Notes: generated by a model not told the origin, from the sequence alone. Positions 39,367-56,579 are shown, numbered from the stretch's first letter. The stretch: 64,000 nucleotides of DNA from Eledone cirrhosa (GCA_964016885.1 OZ024744.1:109430001-109494000); one strand, 5' to 3'. Numbers and translations: made by a program.

Positions 39367-40124
39367 AACGAGTAGGACCCCGTCGAAACGGCTTGAGCTC
39401 AGCCGTCGGGGTTCTCCTACTCGTTCCTATTACCCACTCTACTACCCTAAGTATTGAGTACTTTGGTGCCTTATGGTCCACCTGGTTCTTTACCACATTT
39501 CCTTCGTTATATATATATATATATATCCTAGTGGATCTTTTGATAATGGACTGTACATCCGAAATATATTGGGACTAATACCTATTTCCAAGGTAACGTC
39601 ATCTCTCATTCTTGTTTTTCTTCCTCTTAGCTCTTGAATATGTTTTGCTCTTTCTATTCCGCGATTAAGTCAAGTGGTAGGCTCTTTGGATAAGTATATT
39701 TTTCAGATCATTCAATCTTTGTTCACATTTGAGTATCAGGTCTGATACTCTTATGACTGTTCTTTTTGTTGGTGATTGATAAAATAAGTATCAGCCTTAA
39801 AATCAATATGATCGGTCGAATTTATGGCGCTGCTCTAGAATGACCACGGTTAATAACTGAAACTAATAAAAGAATAAAAGAAATAGTTATTTATTTATTG
39901 ATTACAAAACAAAAACGAGGTATGCAAATATATAAACAGCCGTGCAGACTTACTGACTGTTATGAGTTAACCCTTTTGATAGGAAGCTGTCAGAAACCAC
40001 TTCTCTTTCTACCATACTGTTTATATTAAAATGTTTATATTTAGCTAAAAAAAAAAAGCTTTCATCTTAATTTAAGTCATATTATGTGCCAAACCAGCTT
40101 AATAATTATTTCTAATACTGACTC

Positions 40125-41014
40125 AGCAATTTGGAGGGAATGGAAAAGTCACTTATATCAACCTCAGTACATAACTGGTACTTTAGTTCATCGACCCCAG
40201 AAGGATAAAAGGCAAAGTTGATCTCGGCGGGATTTGAACTAAGAATGCCAAGGGCCGTAACTAAATAACGCAAAATATTTTGTCCGATGCTCTATCGATT
40301 ACTGCCAATACACCACCATCTTACCAGCTTAATAATTGTTTCTACTTTTGGCACAAGGCCAGCAATTATCCCAGTGAATTACTGGTACTTTATTTTATCG
40401 ACCCCGTAAAGACGAAAGGCAAAGCTAACCTCGGCGGGATTTGAACTCAGAACGTAAAGAGATATAACTCTATGCTGAAAAGCATGGTGTCTGACGCTCT
40501 ACTGACACTGCCAATCCACAGCTTAATAATGGTTTCTTTATCAATAATAATGGTAATGATTGTTTCTACTTTTGGCACAAGGCCAGCAATTATTCCAGTG
40601 AATTACTGATACTTTATTTTATCGACCCCGTAAGGATGAAAGGTAAAGTTAACCTTGGCGGGATTTGAACTCGGAATGTAAAGGGCCGTAACTCTATGCT
40701 GCAAAGCATGGTGTTCGACCCTTTACTGATAATTGTTTCTTCTTTTGGCACAAGGCCAGCAATTATTCCAGTGAATTACTGGTACTTTATTTTATCGACC
40801 CCGTAAGGATGAAAAGTAAAGTTAATCTTGGCGGGATTTGAACTCGGAATGTAAAGAGCCGTAACTCTATGCTGCAAAGCATGGTGTTCGACCCTTTACT
40901 GATAATTGTTTCTTCTTTTGGCACAGGGCCAGCAATTATTCCAGTTTATTACTGGTACTTTATTTTATCGACCCCGTAAGGATGAAAGGCAAAGTTAACC
41001 TCGACGGGATTTGA
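40125..41014 (-). mobile_element. Run of five Nin/Deu-like SINE copies, head to tail
   Basis: Copies at about 40125-40320 (older type), 40332-40520, 40558-40730, 40730-40902 and 40903-41014. Confidence 0.85.
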
Positions 41015-41634
41015 ATAATAATGGTAATAATGAGAACATTAGTTATATTATTAAATTCCTTCAAATTCTTGATTATTTTCAAAATTATTTGAAAACCATG
41101 GGCAGTCGTATGTTTTTCATTACGACTATGGTAAGATAAGAGTTAACCAAAGACATGAATATATTTATGCATTCATGTAACAATAAAATCAAATATGAAA
41201 AGTAACATAAACTATTCATATATAGATTCATTTGTTGATAGACATCCGTCATTTTCGACGATGGATGTTCAAGTTGATACAATCAGTGGAACAGGCAGCT
41301 CATGACATTGGTACGTTAATGACTGAGTATTCTACAGACACGTGTATCCTTAACATATTTCTCATAGAAAGACAACGTGATACGATGTGTGACAAGGTTG
41401 GTCACACATCGAATTAAAGGCAAAAAAAAGGTCACCATTGAAGGTCACCATTGAATTAAAGGTAAAAAAGATATTTGGTGGCTGAGTAGAATGGAGCAGT
41501 GTGAAATAAAGTATCATACCCACGGACACAGCGCACCATCAGGTCTAAGAATCGAACACACAACCTAATGATCTTGAACCGAACACCTTAAACACTAAGC
41601 CACGTGATTTTACATAAAACTATTATATATTGTA

Positions 41635-42892
41635 CTAACTGAACGATCCGGCGTTGCCCGGGTTACTGCTGTTCTCATTCAGATTAGTAAATAATAAATA
41701 TGAAGATATATTTTTTTTCTTATAATTATTTCAAAATATCTATATTTTATTTTTTTAAATATCAAAATTGAAATGATAATAGGATTTAGAAATGAAAATA
41801 TGTCAATCTTGAATCAGGTAAACAAATAAATAAATTGTTGCTGCATCCAACTTGTGAACAATCAACATAGAGTTGACTGTGAGAGAAACATGTAGTAGAG
41901 AGATCAAGTCTAACTATCTTAAGGGATTGGCCCTGAGATTTGTTAATTGAAATAACTGTTTCTACTTTAGGCACAAGGCCAGCAATTACCCAGTGCATTA
42001 CTGGTACTTTATTTTATCGACCCCGTAAGGATGAAAGGCAAAGTCAACCTCGGCGGGATTTGAACTCAGATCGTAAAGGGACGTAACTATGCTGGAAAGC
42101 ATGGCGTCCAACCCTCTACTGATGATACTGCCAATTCACCTGAAATAACAAAACTTAGTTTAACTGGAAACTGAACGCTGTTAAATTCAAATGCAACATC
42201 TGTTGGTATGAGATGAACTTTTGGAATAAAGACATTTTTATCGTAAACAAATAATCAACATCCAAAGGAAAGATATATTAATCTCTATTGTTGTATGCAG
42301 TGTAAATTAATCAAATATAAGTAAATGTATTAACTGCCAATTTAACGGTAAATGTGTATTTGTATATATCTCGCAACTGCGACAATAATTATTAGATAGA
42401 CTAGCAGAAAAACCACCCAATGTGAATCCCAAACGCCTTCGGGTGGTTTTTTGTTAGCATATGTAGTGTGTATATTGATATTAAACACAAATATATATGC
42501 ATGTAAATAAAATCGTAAATGACAATATACACAGAAATTGAACGAAGACTGTGTTACACTGTTTTCTGTAATCAGTAACATGATTCATTTAAAAAAAAGA
42601 CAATATTATATATAAACTGCATTAGGAGAAAATTAGCGACGGAAATATATGTGATTATAAGTGTTATAATATAACGGCCGCTAACCGGAAGTGTTGACAT
42701 TTGACAATTTTAAAGAAGTGAATCTTTAAATAAGCTATAAAATATATTTAATTAACAGCCACGAAATTTAGTAGATAAATTATGTAATATTCATTCATTA
42801 TTTATTCAAAGTAATCCAACTTATTTTACAAACGGGGTAAAAAAATATATTCTGGGTGCAGTTTCGCGCTCCTTTCTTTATTATAGTTAAGA
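41635..42892 (-). mobile_element. Internally deleted Helitron with PIF1-like helicase C-terminus, interrupted by a SINE (41955-42140)
   Basis: ISINKSQGQSLKIVRLDLSTTCFSHSQLYVDCSQVG (helicase motifs V/VI); 3' hairpin CCCGGGCAACGCCGG then TTAG|T; candidate 5' end A|TCTTAACTATAATAAAG at 42892. Confidence 0.75.
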
Positions 42893-43273
42893 TAGCGTTC
42901 TTTGTATGAGAATATAAATATAAACGAACAGACACATACACTCACACAAACATACACTTATAAAACACACACACAGACATACATTCATACAAACACACAT
43001 ATAGAGTTTCACTCCCAGCATTTCGTTATGTCTGTCGTCACACATACACTCTCACATACACTCACACGCATATACTAAGACAGGCACATACAGACATGCA
43101 TTCACGCAAAAACATGCATAGCCTTTTACTTCCCCCCTTTTATTTTGAGTTGTCACAAATGTATGTGTATATGTAGATGTGTGTGTGTGTTTTTAATTCT
43201 CTTTGTATCTGATTAAATATTTACGTGAAGATGTGTGTGTATGTAACTTACGAAGGTGTAACATACGTAACGA

Positions 43274-43378
<105 letters not shown>

Positions 43379-43961
43379 GACACATACAAACTCATATACA
43401 CAATGTGACGTCGTCGTTGTGTTATAAAATATCTGTTTACTTATAATTGTCTATAATAGTTTATTTTAGATAAAATGTTATATTGTTTTAATCCAAATGA
43501 AAATAAAATTATGTGTTGTTACTCCCGAGGTCTAATACTATTATCTAGTAAAATTTGATTTGTTTGGCCGAACCGTTTTGGAATACATAAGGAAAAGAGA
43601 GACATACAGAGAAAAATAATTTTATGTAGAGAGAGATTATTTATGGTGGTGTCAGACAAAAATGATTTCAGTTATGACATTCTACTTCCTTTCCTCCGTC
43701 CATGGTCGATAAAATAAAGTACCAGTTAAGTACTAGGGTCGATATAATAGACTTTCTCTTTCCCCCCAAAGCCCCAAATTGTTGCCCTTGTGTTAATGTT
43801 AGATAGAATTAAGAACTATATTATAATAGTACATTACGTTCTCAAGTAATATCAGTCACATTGAATACAATAAAGTTTAACAGATTACAGTTTTCGTTGA
43901 AACAAAGTAAACAAATCGTATTTCCCGCAGCTTCTATGTTACCACCGGATGATGGTCCCCC

Positions 43962-43992
<31 letters not shown>

Positions 43993-44012
43993 TATATATG
44001 TATATATGTATA

Positions 44013-44320
<308 letters not shown>

Positions 44321-44737
44321 CGTATATATATATGTATATATATATATATATATGCATATATATATATGTATATATGTATATATATATACATATGTATATA
44401 TATATGCATACACAGACACATATATATGTACACACACATATATATGGACATACACATGTGTGTGTATAATTAACCGCACTTCCTCCCATAGGGCACCAGA
44501 GTTACACTCGCTTCCAAACGCAAGCGAAAATGAGAGAAGATAGACAGGAGAGAGAGACCATTCCCATTGAATAATTTCAAGGGATTCCGACGCCAAGCTC
44601 CCTCTAAATGCGACTGTAACACACGCGTACAAACATTCCCTTCCAAAACAGGAAAAAGTTACAATTAATAACATCCAAGTCCCGACACTCTCTCCTCCTC
44701 CTCTCTAGTCTTCTTATAAAGAGCTGCACCCCAGGAT

Positions 44738-44796
<59 letters not shown>

Positions 44797-45179
44797 TCTC
44801 TCTCTCTCTAACTCTCACATTCTTTCTCTCTCTCCCTTACAATCTCATTCTCTCTCTCTTTCTCTCTCTCTTTATCTCTCTTCACATTACTACCACCTGT
44901 CCCTCTTTCTCCTCTCAATCTCTCTCTCTCTCTCTCTTTCTCTCTCCCGCCCTCTCTCTCTCTCTCTTTCTCTCTCCCGCCCGCCCCCTCTCTCTCTCTC
45001 TTTCTCTCTCCCGCCCTCTCTCTCTCTCTCTTTCTCTCTCCCGCCCTCTCTCTCTCTCTTTCTCCCCCCCCCCCTCTCTCTCTCTCTATTCCCCTCTCTC
45101 TCTCTCTCTCTCTCTCTTTGGTTTCTCACTGTTATCGTGTAATGTAAACGGCATACTCAAGGAAACGGAAACACACGCA

Positions 45180-48100
45180 TACACACACATGTATGTTTAG
45201 ATATGTATATACACACACATGTATGTTTAGATATATATATATACACACATGTATGTTTAGATATATATATATATATATACACACATGTATGTTTAGATAT
45301 ATATATACACACATGTATGTTTAGATATATATATACACACACATATATGTTTACATATGTATATATATACACATGTATGTTTAGATATATATATATACAC
45401 ATGTATGTTTAGATATATGTATATACACACATGTATGTTTAGATATATATATATATACACATGTATGTTTAGATATATATATACACACACATGTATGTTT
45501 AGATATATATATATATACACACATGTATGTTTAGATATATATATACACACACATGTATGTTTAGATATATATATATATACACACATGTATGTTTAGATAT
45601 ATATATATACACACATGTATGTTAGATATATATATACACACACATGTATGTTTAGATATATATATATACATATGTATGTTTAGATATATATATACACACA
45701 TGTATGTTTAGATATATATATATATACACACATGTATGTTTAGATATATGTATATACACACATGTATGTTTAGATATATGTATATACACACATGTATGTT
45801 TAGATATATATATATACATATGTATGTTTAGATATATATATACACACATGTATGTTTAGATATATGTATATACACACATGTATGTTTAGATATATATATA
45901 TACACACACATGTATGTTTAGATATGTATATACACACACATGTATGTTTAGATATATATATACACACACATGTATGTTTAGATATATGTATATATACACA
46001 CATGTATGTTTAGATATATATATATACACACATGTATGTTTAGATATATATATACACACACATGTATGTTTAGATATATATATATACACACATGTATGTT
46101 TAGATATATATATATATACACACATGTATGTTTAGATATATGTATATACACACATGTATGTTTAGATATATATATACACACACATGTATGTTTAGATATA
46201 TATATATACACACACATGTATGTTTAGATATATATATACACACACATGTATGTTTAGATATATATATACACACACATGTATGTTTAGATATATATATATA
46301 CACACATGTATGTTTAGATATATATATATATACACATGTATGTTTAGATATATATATATACACACATGTATGTTTAGATATATATATACACACACATGTA
46401 TGTTTAGATATATATATACACACACATGTATGTTTAGATATATATATACACACACATGTATGTTTAGATATATATATATACACACATCTATGTTTAGATA
46501 TATATATACACACACATGTATGTTTAGATATATATATATATACACACATGTATGTTTAGATATATATATACACACACATGTATGTTTAGATATATATATA
46601 TATACACACATGTATGTTTAGATATATATATATACACACACATGTATGTTTAGATATATATATATACACACATGTATGTTTAGATATATATATACACACA
46701 CATGTATGTTTAGATATATATATATACACACATGTATGTTTAGATATATATATACACACACATGTATGTTTAGATATATATATATATACACACATGTATG
46801 TTTAGATATATATATATACACACATGTATGTTTAGATATATATATATATACACACATGTATGTTTAGATATATATATATATATACACATGTATGTTTAGA
46901 TATATATATATACACACATGTATGTTTAGATATATATATATATACACACATGTATGTTTAGATATATATATATACACACATGTATGTTTAGATATATATA
47001 TATATACACACATGTATGTTTAGATATATATATATACACACATGTATGTTTAGATATATATATATATATACACACATGTATGTTTAGATATATATATACA
47101 CACACATGTATGTTTAGATATATATATATACACACATGTATGTTTAGATATATATATATATACACACATGTATGTTTAGATATATATATATACACACATG
47201 TATGTTTAGATATATAGTATATACACACATGTATGTTTAGATATATGTATATATACACACATGTATGTTTAGATATATGTATATAACACACATGTATGTT
47301 TAGATATGTATATACACACACATGTATGTTTAGATATATATATATACACACATGTATGTTTAGATATATATATATACACACATGTATGTTTAGATATATA
47401 TATATATACACACATGTATGTTTAGATATATGTATATACACACATGTATGTTTAGATATATGTATATACACACATGTATGTTTAGATATATATATATACA
47501 TATGTATGTTTAGATATATATATACACACATGTATGTTTAGATATATGTATATACACACATGTATGTTTAGATATATATATATACACACACATGTATGTT
47601 TAGATATGTATATACACACACATGTATGTTTAGATATATATATACACACACATGTATGTTTAGATATATGTATATATACACACATGTATGTTTAGATATA
47701 TATATATACACACATGTATGTTTAGATATATATATACACACACATGTATGTTTAGATATATATATATACACACATGTATGTTTAGATATATATATATATA
47801 TACACACATGTATGTTTAGATATATGTATATACACACATGTATGTTTAGATATATATATACACACACATGTATGTTTAGATATATATATATACACACACA
47901 TGTATGTTTAGATATATATATACACACACATGTATGTTTAGATATATATATACACACACATGTATGTTTAGATATATATATATACACACATGTATGTTTA
48001 GATATATATATATACTACACATGTATGTTTAGATATATATATATACACACATGTATGTTTAGATATATATATACACACACATGTATGTTTAGATATATAT

Positions 48101-51100
48101 ATACACACACATGTATGTTTAGATATATATATACACACACATGTATGTTTAGATATATATATATACACACATGTATGTTTAGATATATATATACACACAC
48201 ATGTATGTTTAGATATATATATATATACACACATGTATGTTTAGATATATATATACACACACATGTATGTTTAGATATATATATATATACACACATGTAT
48301 GTTTAGATATATATATATACACACACATGTATGTTTAGATATATATATATACACACATGTATGTTTAGATATATATATACACACACATGTATGTTTAGAT
48401 ATATATATATATACACACATGTATGTTTAGATATATATATACACACACATGTATGTTTAGATATATATATATATACACACATGTATGTTTAGATATATAT
48501 ATATACACACATGTATGTTTAGATATATATAATATATACACACATGTATGTTTAGATATATATATATACACATGTATGTTTAGATATATATATATACACA
48601 CATGTATGTTTAGATATATATATATATACACACATGTATGTTTAGATATATATATATACACACATGTATGTTTAGATATATATATATATACACACATGTA
48701 TGTTTAGATATATATATATATACACACATGTATGTTTAGATATATATATATATATACACACATGTATGTTTAGATATATATATACACACACATGTATGTT
48801 TAGATATATATATATACACACATGTATGTTTAGATATATATATATATACACACATGTATGTTTAGATATATATATATACACACATGTATGTTTAGATATA
48901 TGTATATACACACATGTATGTTTAGATATATGTATATATACACACATGTATGTTTAGATATATGTATAAACACACATGTATGTTTAGATATGTATATACA
49001 CACACATGTATGTTTAGATATATATATATACACACATGTATGTTTAGATATATATATATACACACATGTATGTTTAGATATATATATATATACACACATG
49101 TATGTTTAGATATATGTATATACACACATGTATGTTTAGATATATATATATACACACATGTATGTTTAGATATATATATACACACACATGTATGTTTAGA
49201 TATATATATATACACACATATATGTTTAGATATATATATACACACACATGTATGTTTAGATATATATATACACACACATGTATGTTTAGATATATATATA
49301 CACACACATATATGTTTAGATATATATATACACACNNNNNNNNNNNNNNNNNNNNNNNNNNNNNNNNNNNNNNNNNNNNNNNNNNNNNNNNNNNNNNNNN
49401 NNNNNNNNNNNNNNNNNNNNNNNNNNNNNNNNNNNNNNNNNNNNNNNNNNNNNNNNNNNNNNNNNNNNNNNNNNNNNNNNNNNNNNNNNNNNNNNNNNNN
49501 NNNNNNNNNNNNNNNNNNNNNNNNNNNNNNNNNNNGTATATATATATATATATCTAAACATACATGTGTGTATATATATATATATACACATGTATGTTTA
49601 GATATATATATACACACATGTATGTTTAGATATATATATATATACACACATGTATGTTTAGATATATATATATACACACATGTATGTTTAGATATATATA
49701 TATATACACACATGTATGTTTAGAGATATATATATATATACACACATGTATGTTTAGATATATATATATATATATACACACATGTATGTTTAGATATATA
49801 TATACACACACATGTATGTTTAGATATATATATATACACACATGTATGTTTAGATATATATATATATACACACATGTATGTTTAGATATATATATATATA
49901 CACACATGTATGTTTAGATATATGTATATACACACATGTATGTTTAGATATATGTATATATACACACATGTATGTTTAGATATATGTATAAACACACATG
50001 TATGTTTAGATATGTATATACACACACATGTATGTTTAGATATATATATATACACACATGTATGTTTAGATATATATATATACACACATGTATGTTTAGA
50101 TATATATATATATACACACATGTATGTTTAGATATATGTATATACACACATGTATGTTTAGATATATGTATATACACACATGTATGTTTAGATATATATA
50201 TACACACACATGTATGTTTAGATATATATACACACACATGTATGTTTAGATATGTATATATACACACATGTATGTTTAGATATATATATATATACACACA
50301 TGTATGTTTAGATATATATATATACACCCATGTATGTTTAGATATATATATATACACACATGTATGTTTAGATATATATATATATACACACATGTATGTT
50401 TAGATATATGTATATACACACATGTATGTTTAGATATATATATACACACACATGTATGTTTAGATATGTATATACACACATGTATGTTTAGATATATATA
50501 TATACACACATGTATGTTTAGATATATGTATATACACACATGTATGTTTAGATATATATATATATACACACATGTATGTTTAGATATATATATATATACA
50601 CACATGTATGTTTAGATATATATATATACACACATGTATGTTTAGATATATGTATATACACACATGTATGTTTAGATATATATATATACACACATGTATG
50701 TTTAGATATATATATACACACACATGTATGTTTAGATATATGTATATACACACATGTATGTTTAGATATATATATATATACACACATGTATGTTTAGATA
50801 TATATATATATACACACATGTATGTTGAGATATATATATATATACACACATGTATGTTTAGATATATGTATATACACACATGTATGTTTAGATATATGTA
50901 TATACACACATGTATGTTTAGATATATATATATATACACACATGTATGTTTAGATATATGTATATACACACATGTATGTTTAGATATATGTATATATACA
51001 CACATGTATCTTTAGATATATGTATATACACACATGTATGTTTAGATATATGTATATACACACATGTATGTTTAGATATATATATATATATACACACATG

Positions 51101-54100
51101 TATGTTTAGATATATGTATATACACACATGTATGTTTAGATATATGTATATATACACACATGTATGTTTAGATATATGTATATACACACATGTATGTTTA
51201 GATATATATATACACACACATGTATGTTTAGATATATATATATATACACACATGTATGTTTAGATATATGTATATACACACATGTATGTTTAGATATATG
51301 TATATACACACATGTATGTTTAGATATATGTATATATACACACATGTATGTTTAGATATATGTATATACACACATGTATGTTTAGATATATATATATATA
51401 CACACATGTATGTTTAGATATATATATACACACACATGTATGTTTAGATATATATATACACACACATGTATGTTTATATATATATATATATACACACATG
51501 TATGTTTAGATATATGTATATACACACATGTATGTTTAGACATATATATATACACACATGTATGTTTAGATATATATATACACACACATGTATGTTTAGA
51601 TATATATATATATACACACATGTATGTTTAGATATATGTATATACACACATGTATGTTTAGATATATGTATATATACACACATGTATGTTTAGATATATA
51701 TATATACACATGTATGTTTAGATATATATATACACACATGTATGTTTAGATATATATATATACACACACATGTATGTTTAGATATATATATACACACACA
51801 TGTATGTTTAGATATATATATACACACACATGTATGTTTAGATATATGTATATATACACACATGTATGTTTAGATATATATATACACACACATGTATGTT
51901 TATATATATATATATATACACACATGTATGTTTAGATATATATATATATACACACATGTATGTTTAGATATATATATATACACACATGTATGTTTAGATA
52001 TATATATACACACATGTATGTTTAGATATATATATATATACACACATGTATGTTTAGATATATGTATATACACACATGTATGTTTAGATATATGTATATA
52101 CACACATGTATGTTTAGATATATATATATACACACATGTATGTTCAGATATATATATATATACACACATGTATGTTTAGATATATGTATAAACACACATG
52201 TATGTTTAGATATATATATATATACACACATGTATGTTTAGATATATGTATATACACACATGTATGTTTAGATATATGTATATATACACACATGTATGTT
52301 TAGATATATGTATATACACACATGTATGTTTAGATATATATATATATACACACATGTATGTTTAGATATATATATATATACACACATGTATGTTTAGATA
52401 TATGTATATACACACATGTATGTTTAGATATATATATATACACACATGTATGTTTAGATATATATATATATACACACATGTATGTTTAGATATATGTATA
52501 TACACACATGTATGTTTAGATATATATATATATACACACATGTATGTTTAGATATATGTATATACACACATGTATGTTTAGATATATGTATATATACACA
52601 CATGTATGTTTAGATATATGTATATACACACATGTATGTTTAGATATATATATATACACACATGTATGTTTAGATATATATATATATACACACATGTATG
52701 TTTAGATATATGTATAAACACACATGTATGTTTAGATATATATATATATACACACATGTATGTTTAGATATATGTATATACACACATGTATGTTTAGATA
52801 TATGTATATATACACACATGTATGTTTAGATATATGTATATACACACATGTATGTTTAGATATATATATATACACATGTATGTTTAGATATATATATATA
52901 TACACACATGTATGTTTAGATATATATTATATACACACATGTATGTTTAGATATATGTATATACACACATGTATGTTTAGATATATATATATACACACAT
53001 GTATGTTTAGATATATATATATATATACACACATGTATGTTTAGATATATGTATATACACACATGTATGTTTAGATATATATATACACATGTATGTTTAG
53101 ATATATATATATATATACACACATGTATGTTTAGATATATATATATATACACACACATGTATGTTTAGATATATGTATATACACACATGTATGTTTAGAT
53201 ATATATATATACACACATGTATGTTTAGATATATATATATATACACACATGTATGTTTAGATATATGTATATACACACATGTATGTTTAGATATATATAT
53301 ATACACATGTATGTTTAGATATATATATATACACACATGTATGTTTAGATATATATATATACATATGTATGTTTAGATATATATATATACACACATGTAT
53401 GTTTAGATATATATATATATACACATGTATGTTTAGATATATATATATACACACATGTATGTTTAGATATATATATCTATATATACACACATGTATGTTT
53501 AGATATATATATACACACATGTATGTTTAGATATATGTATATATACACACATGTATGTTTAGATATATGTATATACACACATGTATGTGTAGATATATAT
53601 ATATACACATGTATGTTTAGATATATATATATATACACACATGTATGTTGAGATATATATATATATATACACACATGTATGTTTAGATATATGTATATAC
53701 ACACATGTATGTTTAGATATATATATATACACACATGTATGTTTAGATATATGTATATACACACATGTATGTTTAGATATATGTATATACACACATGTAT
53801 GTTTAGATATATATATATACACATGTATGTTTATATATATATATATATACACATATATGTTTATATATATATATATATACACACATGTATGTTTAGATAT
53901 ATATATATATACACATGTATGTTTATATATATATATATATACACACATGTATGTTTAATATATATATATATATATATACACACATGTATGTTTAGATATA
54001 TGTATATACACACATGTATGTTTAGATATATATATATACACACATGTATGTTTAGATATATATATACACACATGTATGTTTAGATATATATATATACACA

Positions 54101-54270
54101 CATGTATGTTTAGATATATATATACACACATGTATGTTTAGATATATATATATACACACATGTATGTTTAGATATATATATACACACATGTATGTTTAGA
54201 TATATATATATACACACATGTATGTTTAGATATATGTATATACACACATGTATGTTTAGATATATATATC
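45180..54270. repeat. ~30-bp minisatellite (ACACACATGTATGTTTAGATATATATATAT), about 9 kb as assembled
   Basis: Hundreds of units with CATGTATGTTTAGA nearly invariant and variable (TA)/(CA) counts. Confidence 0.97.
49336..49535. other. Assembly gap (200 N)
   Basis: Run of n. Confidence 0.99.
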
Positions 54271-54431
54271 TACATGGAATAGAATGAAACGAAATTTCAT
54301 TTCTCACTCTTAGTACGGCACTTACTTAAATTTTTAACTGTATACGTACATACATATATGTATACAAACCTACAGTAGTATGTATATATATATATATACA
54401 TACATGCACACATATATATATATATGCATAC

Positions 54432-54500
<69 letters not shown>

Positions 54501-54718
54501 TATATATACACACATATATATGCACACATATATATGCACACATATATATGCATACATATATATATACATACATCTATATATACACACATATATATGCACA
54601 CATATATATGCACACACATATATATATACATAGTAATAATAATAAAATTGAAGACTAAAATTCAAAGAGGGCTCGATAAGGATAAATATATATCAAATAT
54701 ATAAGAACCATAGAGCAA

Positions 54719-54930
54719 ATATTTATTAAAATAACAGATTAAAGTTTAAGCAAAGAATCGCTGCTTTCACCCTTAACGGGATCTTCTGAAACTAACAAAG
54801 TCAATCTGTAAACGCAGAACTGGATATTTCAAAAGCGTTTACAGATTGACTTTTTAGTTTCAGAAGATCCCGTTAAGGGTGAAAGCAGCGATTCTTTGCT
54901 TAAACTTTAATCTGTTATTTTAATAAATAT
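54719..54930. repeat. Near-perfect foldback with ~97-bp arms and a 19-nt loop; each arm carries a hammerhead-like motif
   Basis: 54719-54815 versus 54835-54930 differ by a one-base bulge. Confidence 0.9.
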
Positions 54931-55299
54931 ATATATATACATATATACATAAAAGTAAGTGCCGTTATAAGAGTGAGAAATGAAATTTCGTTTCATTCTA
55001 TTACAACATATATACATACATATATATACATACAGATATTCATCTATACACATGCATGTATATACACTCACATACAAATACACAGTGCTACTGATACTCA
55101 TACATTTAAGCATATATATTGTTTTTATAAATAGAAGCAACTTTATTTCTGGAATATATAACGTAAATACAGTTTAATAGATAAAGAAAACAACATTTAG
55201 GTTGAGAAGAAAGAATGGAAGGTAAAATAGGAAAATATGAGGAAAAAAGAAAGGATAACAACAGAAAAGGGAGGAAATGGTAAGGACTCTAGTGTCACA

Positions 55300-55970
55300 G
55301 AAGAGTGGGGAGGGTGATTGGGTTCTAGGTCAGGGCAGGGAGGCTGAAGGGCTGCGCTCCGCGGACAAGATCGCAAAAGCATTCCATTGTCGCACAATGG
55401 CCAGCGCAGCAACACCCGCTGCAACAGCCACCCCCACCTCACGAAGCTCCTTCCTCAGACGGGCCGCCGACGTTTCCGGTCTTGCTGAGGAGCTCGGCAG
55501 TACGGGGTCCAAAGTACGCCTGAGGTCTCGACGGTGACCCGGTGCGAAGAGTAAGTGGCCTGACAAATCCCCGGTGTTTGTTTGTCTTCCTTTCCTCTGT
55601 GAGGCGGGCCGCGGTGCCGGGGTTTGTGGCCGAAGTTACGAAGTTGACTCGGAGAACACGTACCAACATGTGACGTCCTAGGGATCTACCTCCTTCGAAT
55701 GGGAAGGGGATAATTCCATCGGGGCACTTTCCATCCCCGCAGTCTAGACCTACTGGCTCCAGTTGTGATGGGAAGCCAGCTGCGCCCAGGCTCCTTCTCA
55801 ATATGTCGTTGAGAGCGGCATGGCGGGGAGAAACCAGCCTGCCCTCTGGCGGCAAGACAGTGGGAGGTTGAACTTGTCAACGACCACCCCACAACGTCAT
55901 TTATGGGGCTCACACATGCGGGAACTGAGATGTTAGGCCACTCCGATGCGAGTGCAGTCGTCTTCAAGAA
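55300..55970 (-). mobile_element. CRE-clade non-LTR retrotransposon, restriction-like endonuclease fragment
   Basis: PRHAALNDILRRSLGAAGFPSQLEPVGLDCGDGKCPDGIIPFPFEGGRSL...SATNPGTAARLTEERKTNKH; RH, E, PD and K motifs of the RLE domain. Confidence 0.8.
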
Positions 55971-55994
55971 TGGTAACAGTTGATGAGGAGGGCA

Positions 55995-56464
55995 TGAGTT
56001 GTTATTGCTGTGTTGTTGTGGTTAGTGTTGTTGTTGTTGTGTTGTTGTTGTTACTGTTGTTGTTGTGGTTAGTGTTGTTGATGTTGTTGTTGGTGTGTTG
56101 TTGTTGTTGTTGCTGTGTTGTTGTGTTGTTAATGTTGTTGTTGTTGCTGTGCTGCTGCTGTTGTTGTTGTTGTTGTTGTTACTGTTGTTGTTGTTACTGT
56201 TGTTGTTGTTACTGTGTTGTTGTTGTTGTTGTTACTGTGTCGTTGTTGTTGCTGTGATGTTGTTGTTGTTGTTGCTGTGTTGTTGTTACTGTTGTTGCTG
56301 TGCTGCTGCTGTTGTTGTTGTTGTTACTGTTGTTGCTGTGTTGTTGTTGCTGTTACTGTTTTTGTTGTTGTTGTTACTGTTGTTGTTGTTACTGTGTTGT
56401 TGTTGCTGCTGTGTCGTTGTTGTTGTTGTTACTATTGTTGTTGTTGCTGTGATGTTGTTGTTGC

Positions 56465-56498
<34 letters not shown>

Positions 56499-56579
56499 GC
56501 TGTGATGCTGTTGTTGCTGTTGTTGTTGCTCTGTTGTCTTTGTTGCTGTTGTAGTTTTTGTTGCTGTTGTTTGTGTTGC

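Noticed and set aside
39560-39770. Possible PLE thumb remnant on the minus strand (RLNDLKNILIQRAY)
   Set aside because: Too short and disrupted to call without a search.
45132-54665. Dozens of IYIYTHVCLD/SKHTCV ORFs
   Set aside because: Minisatellite translation artefacts.
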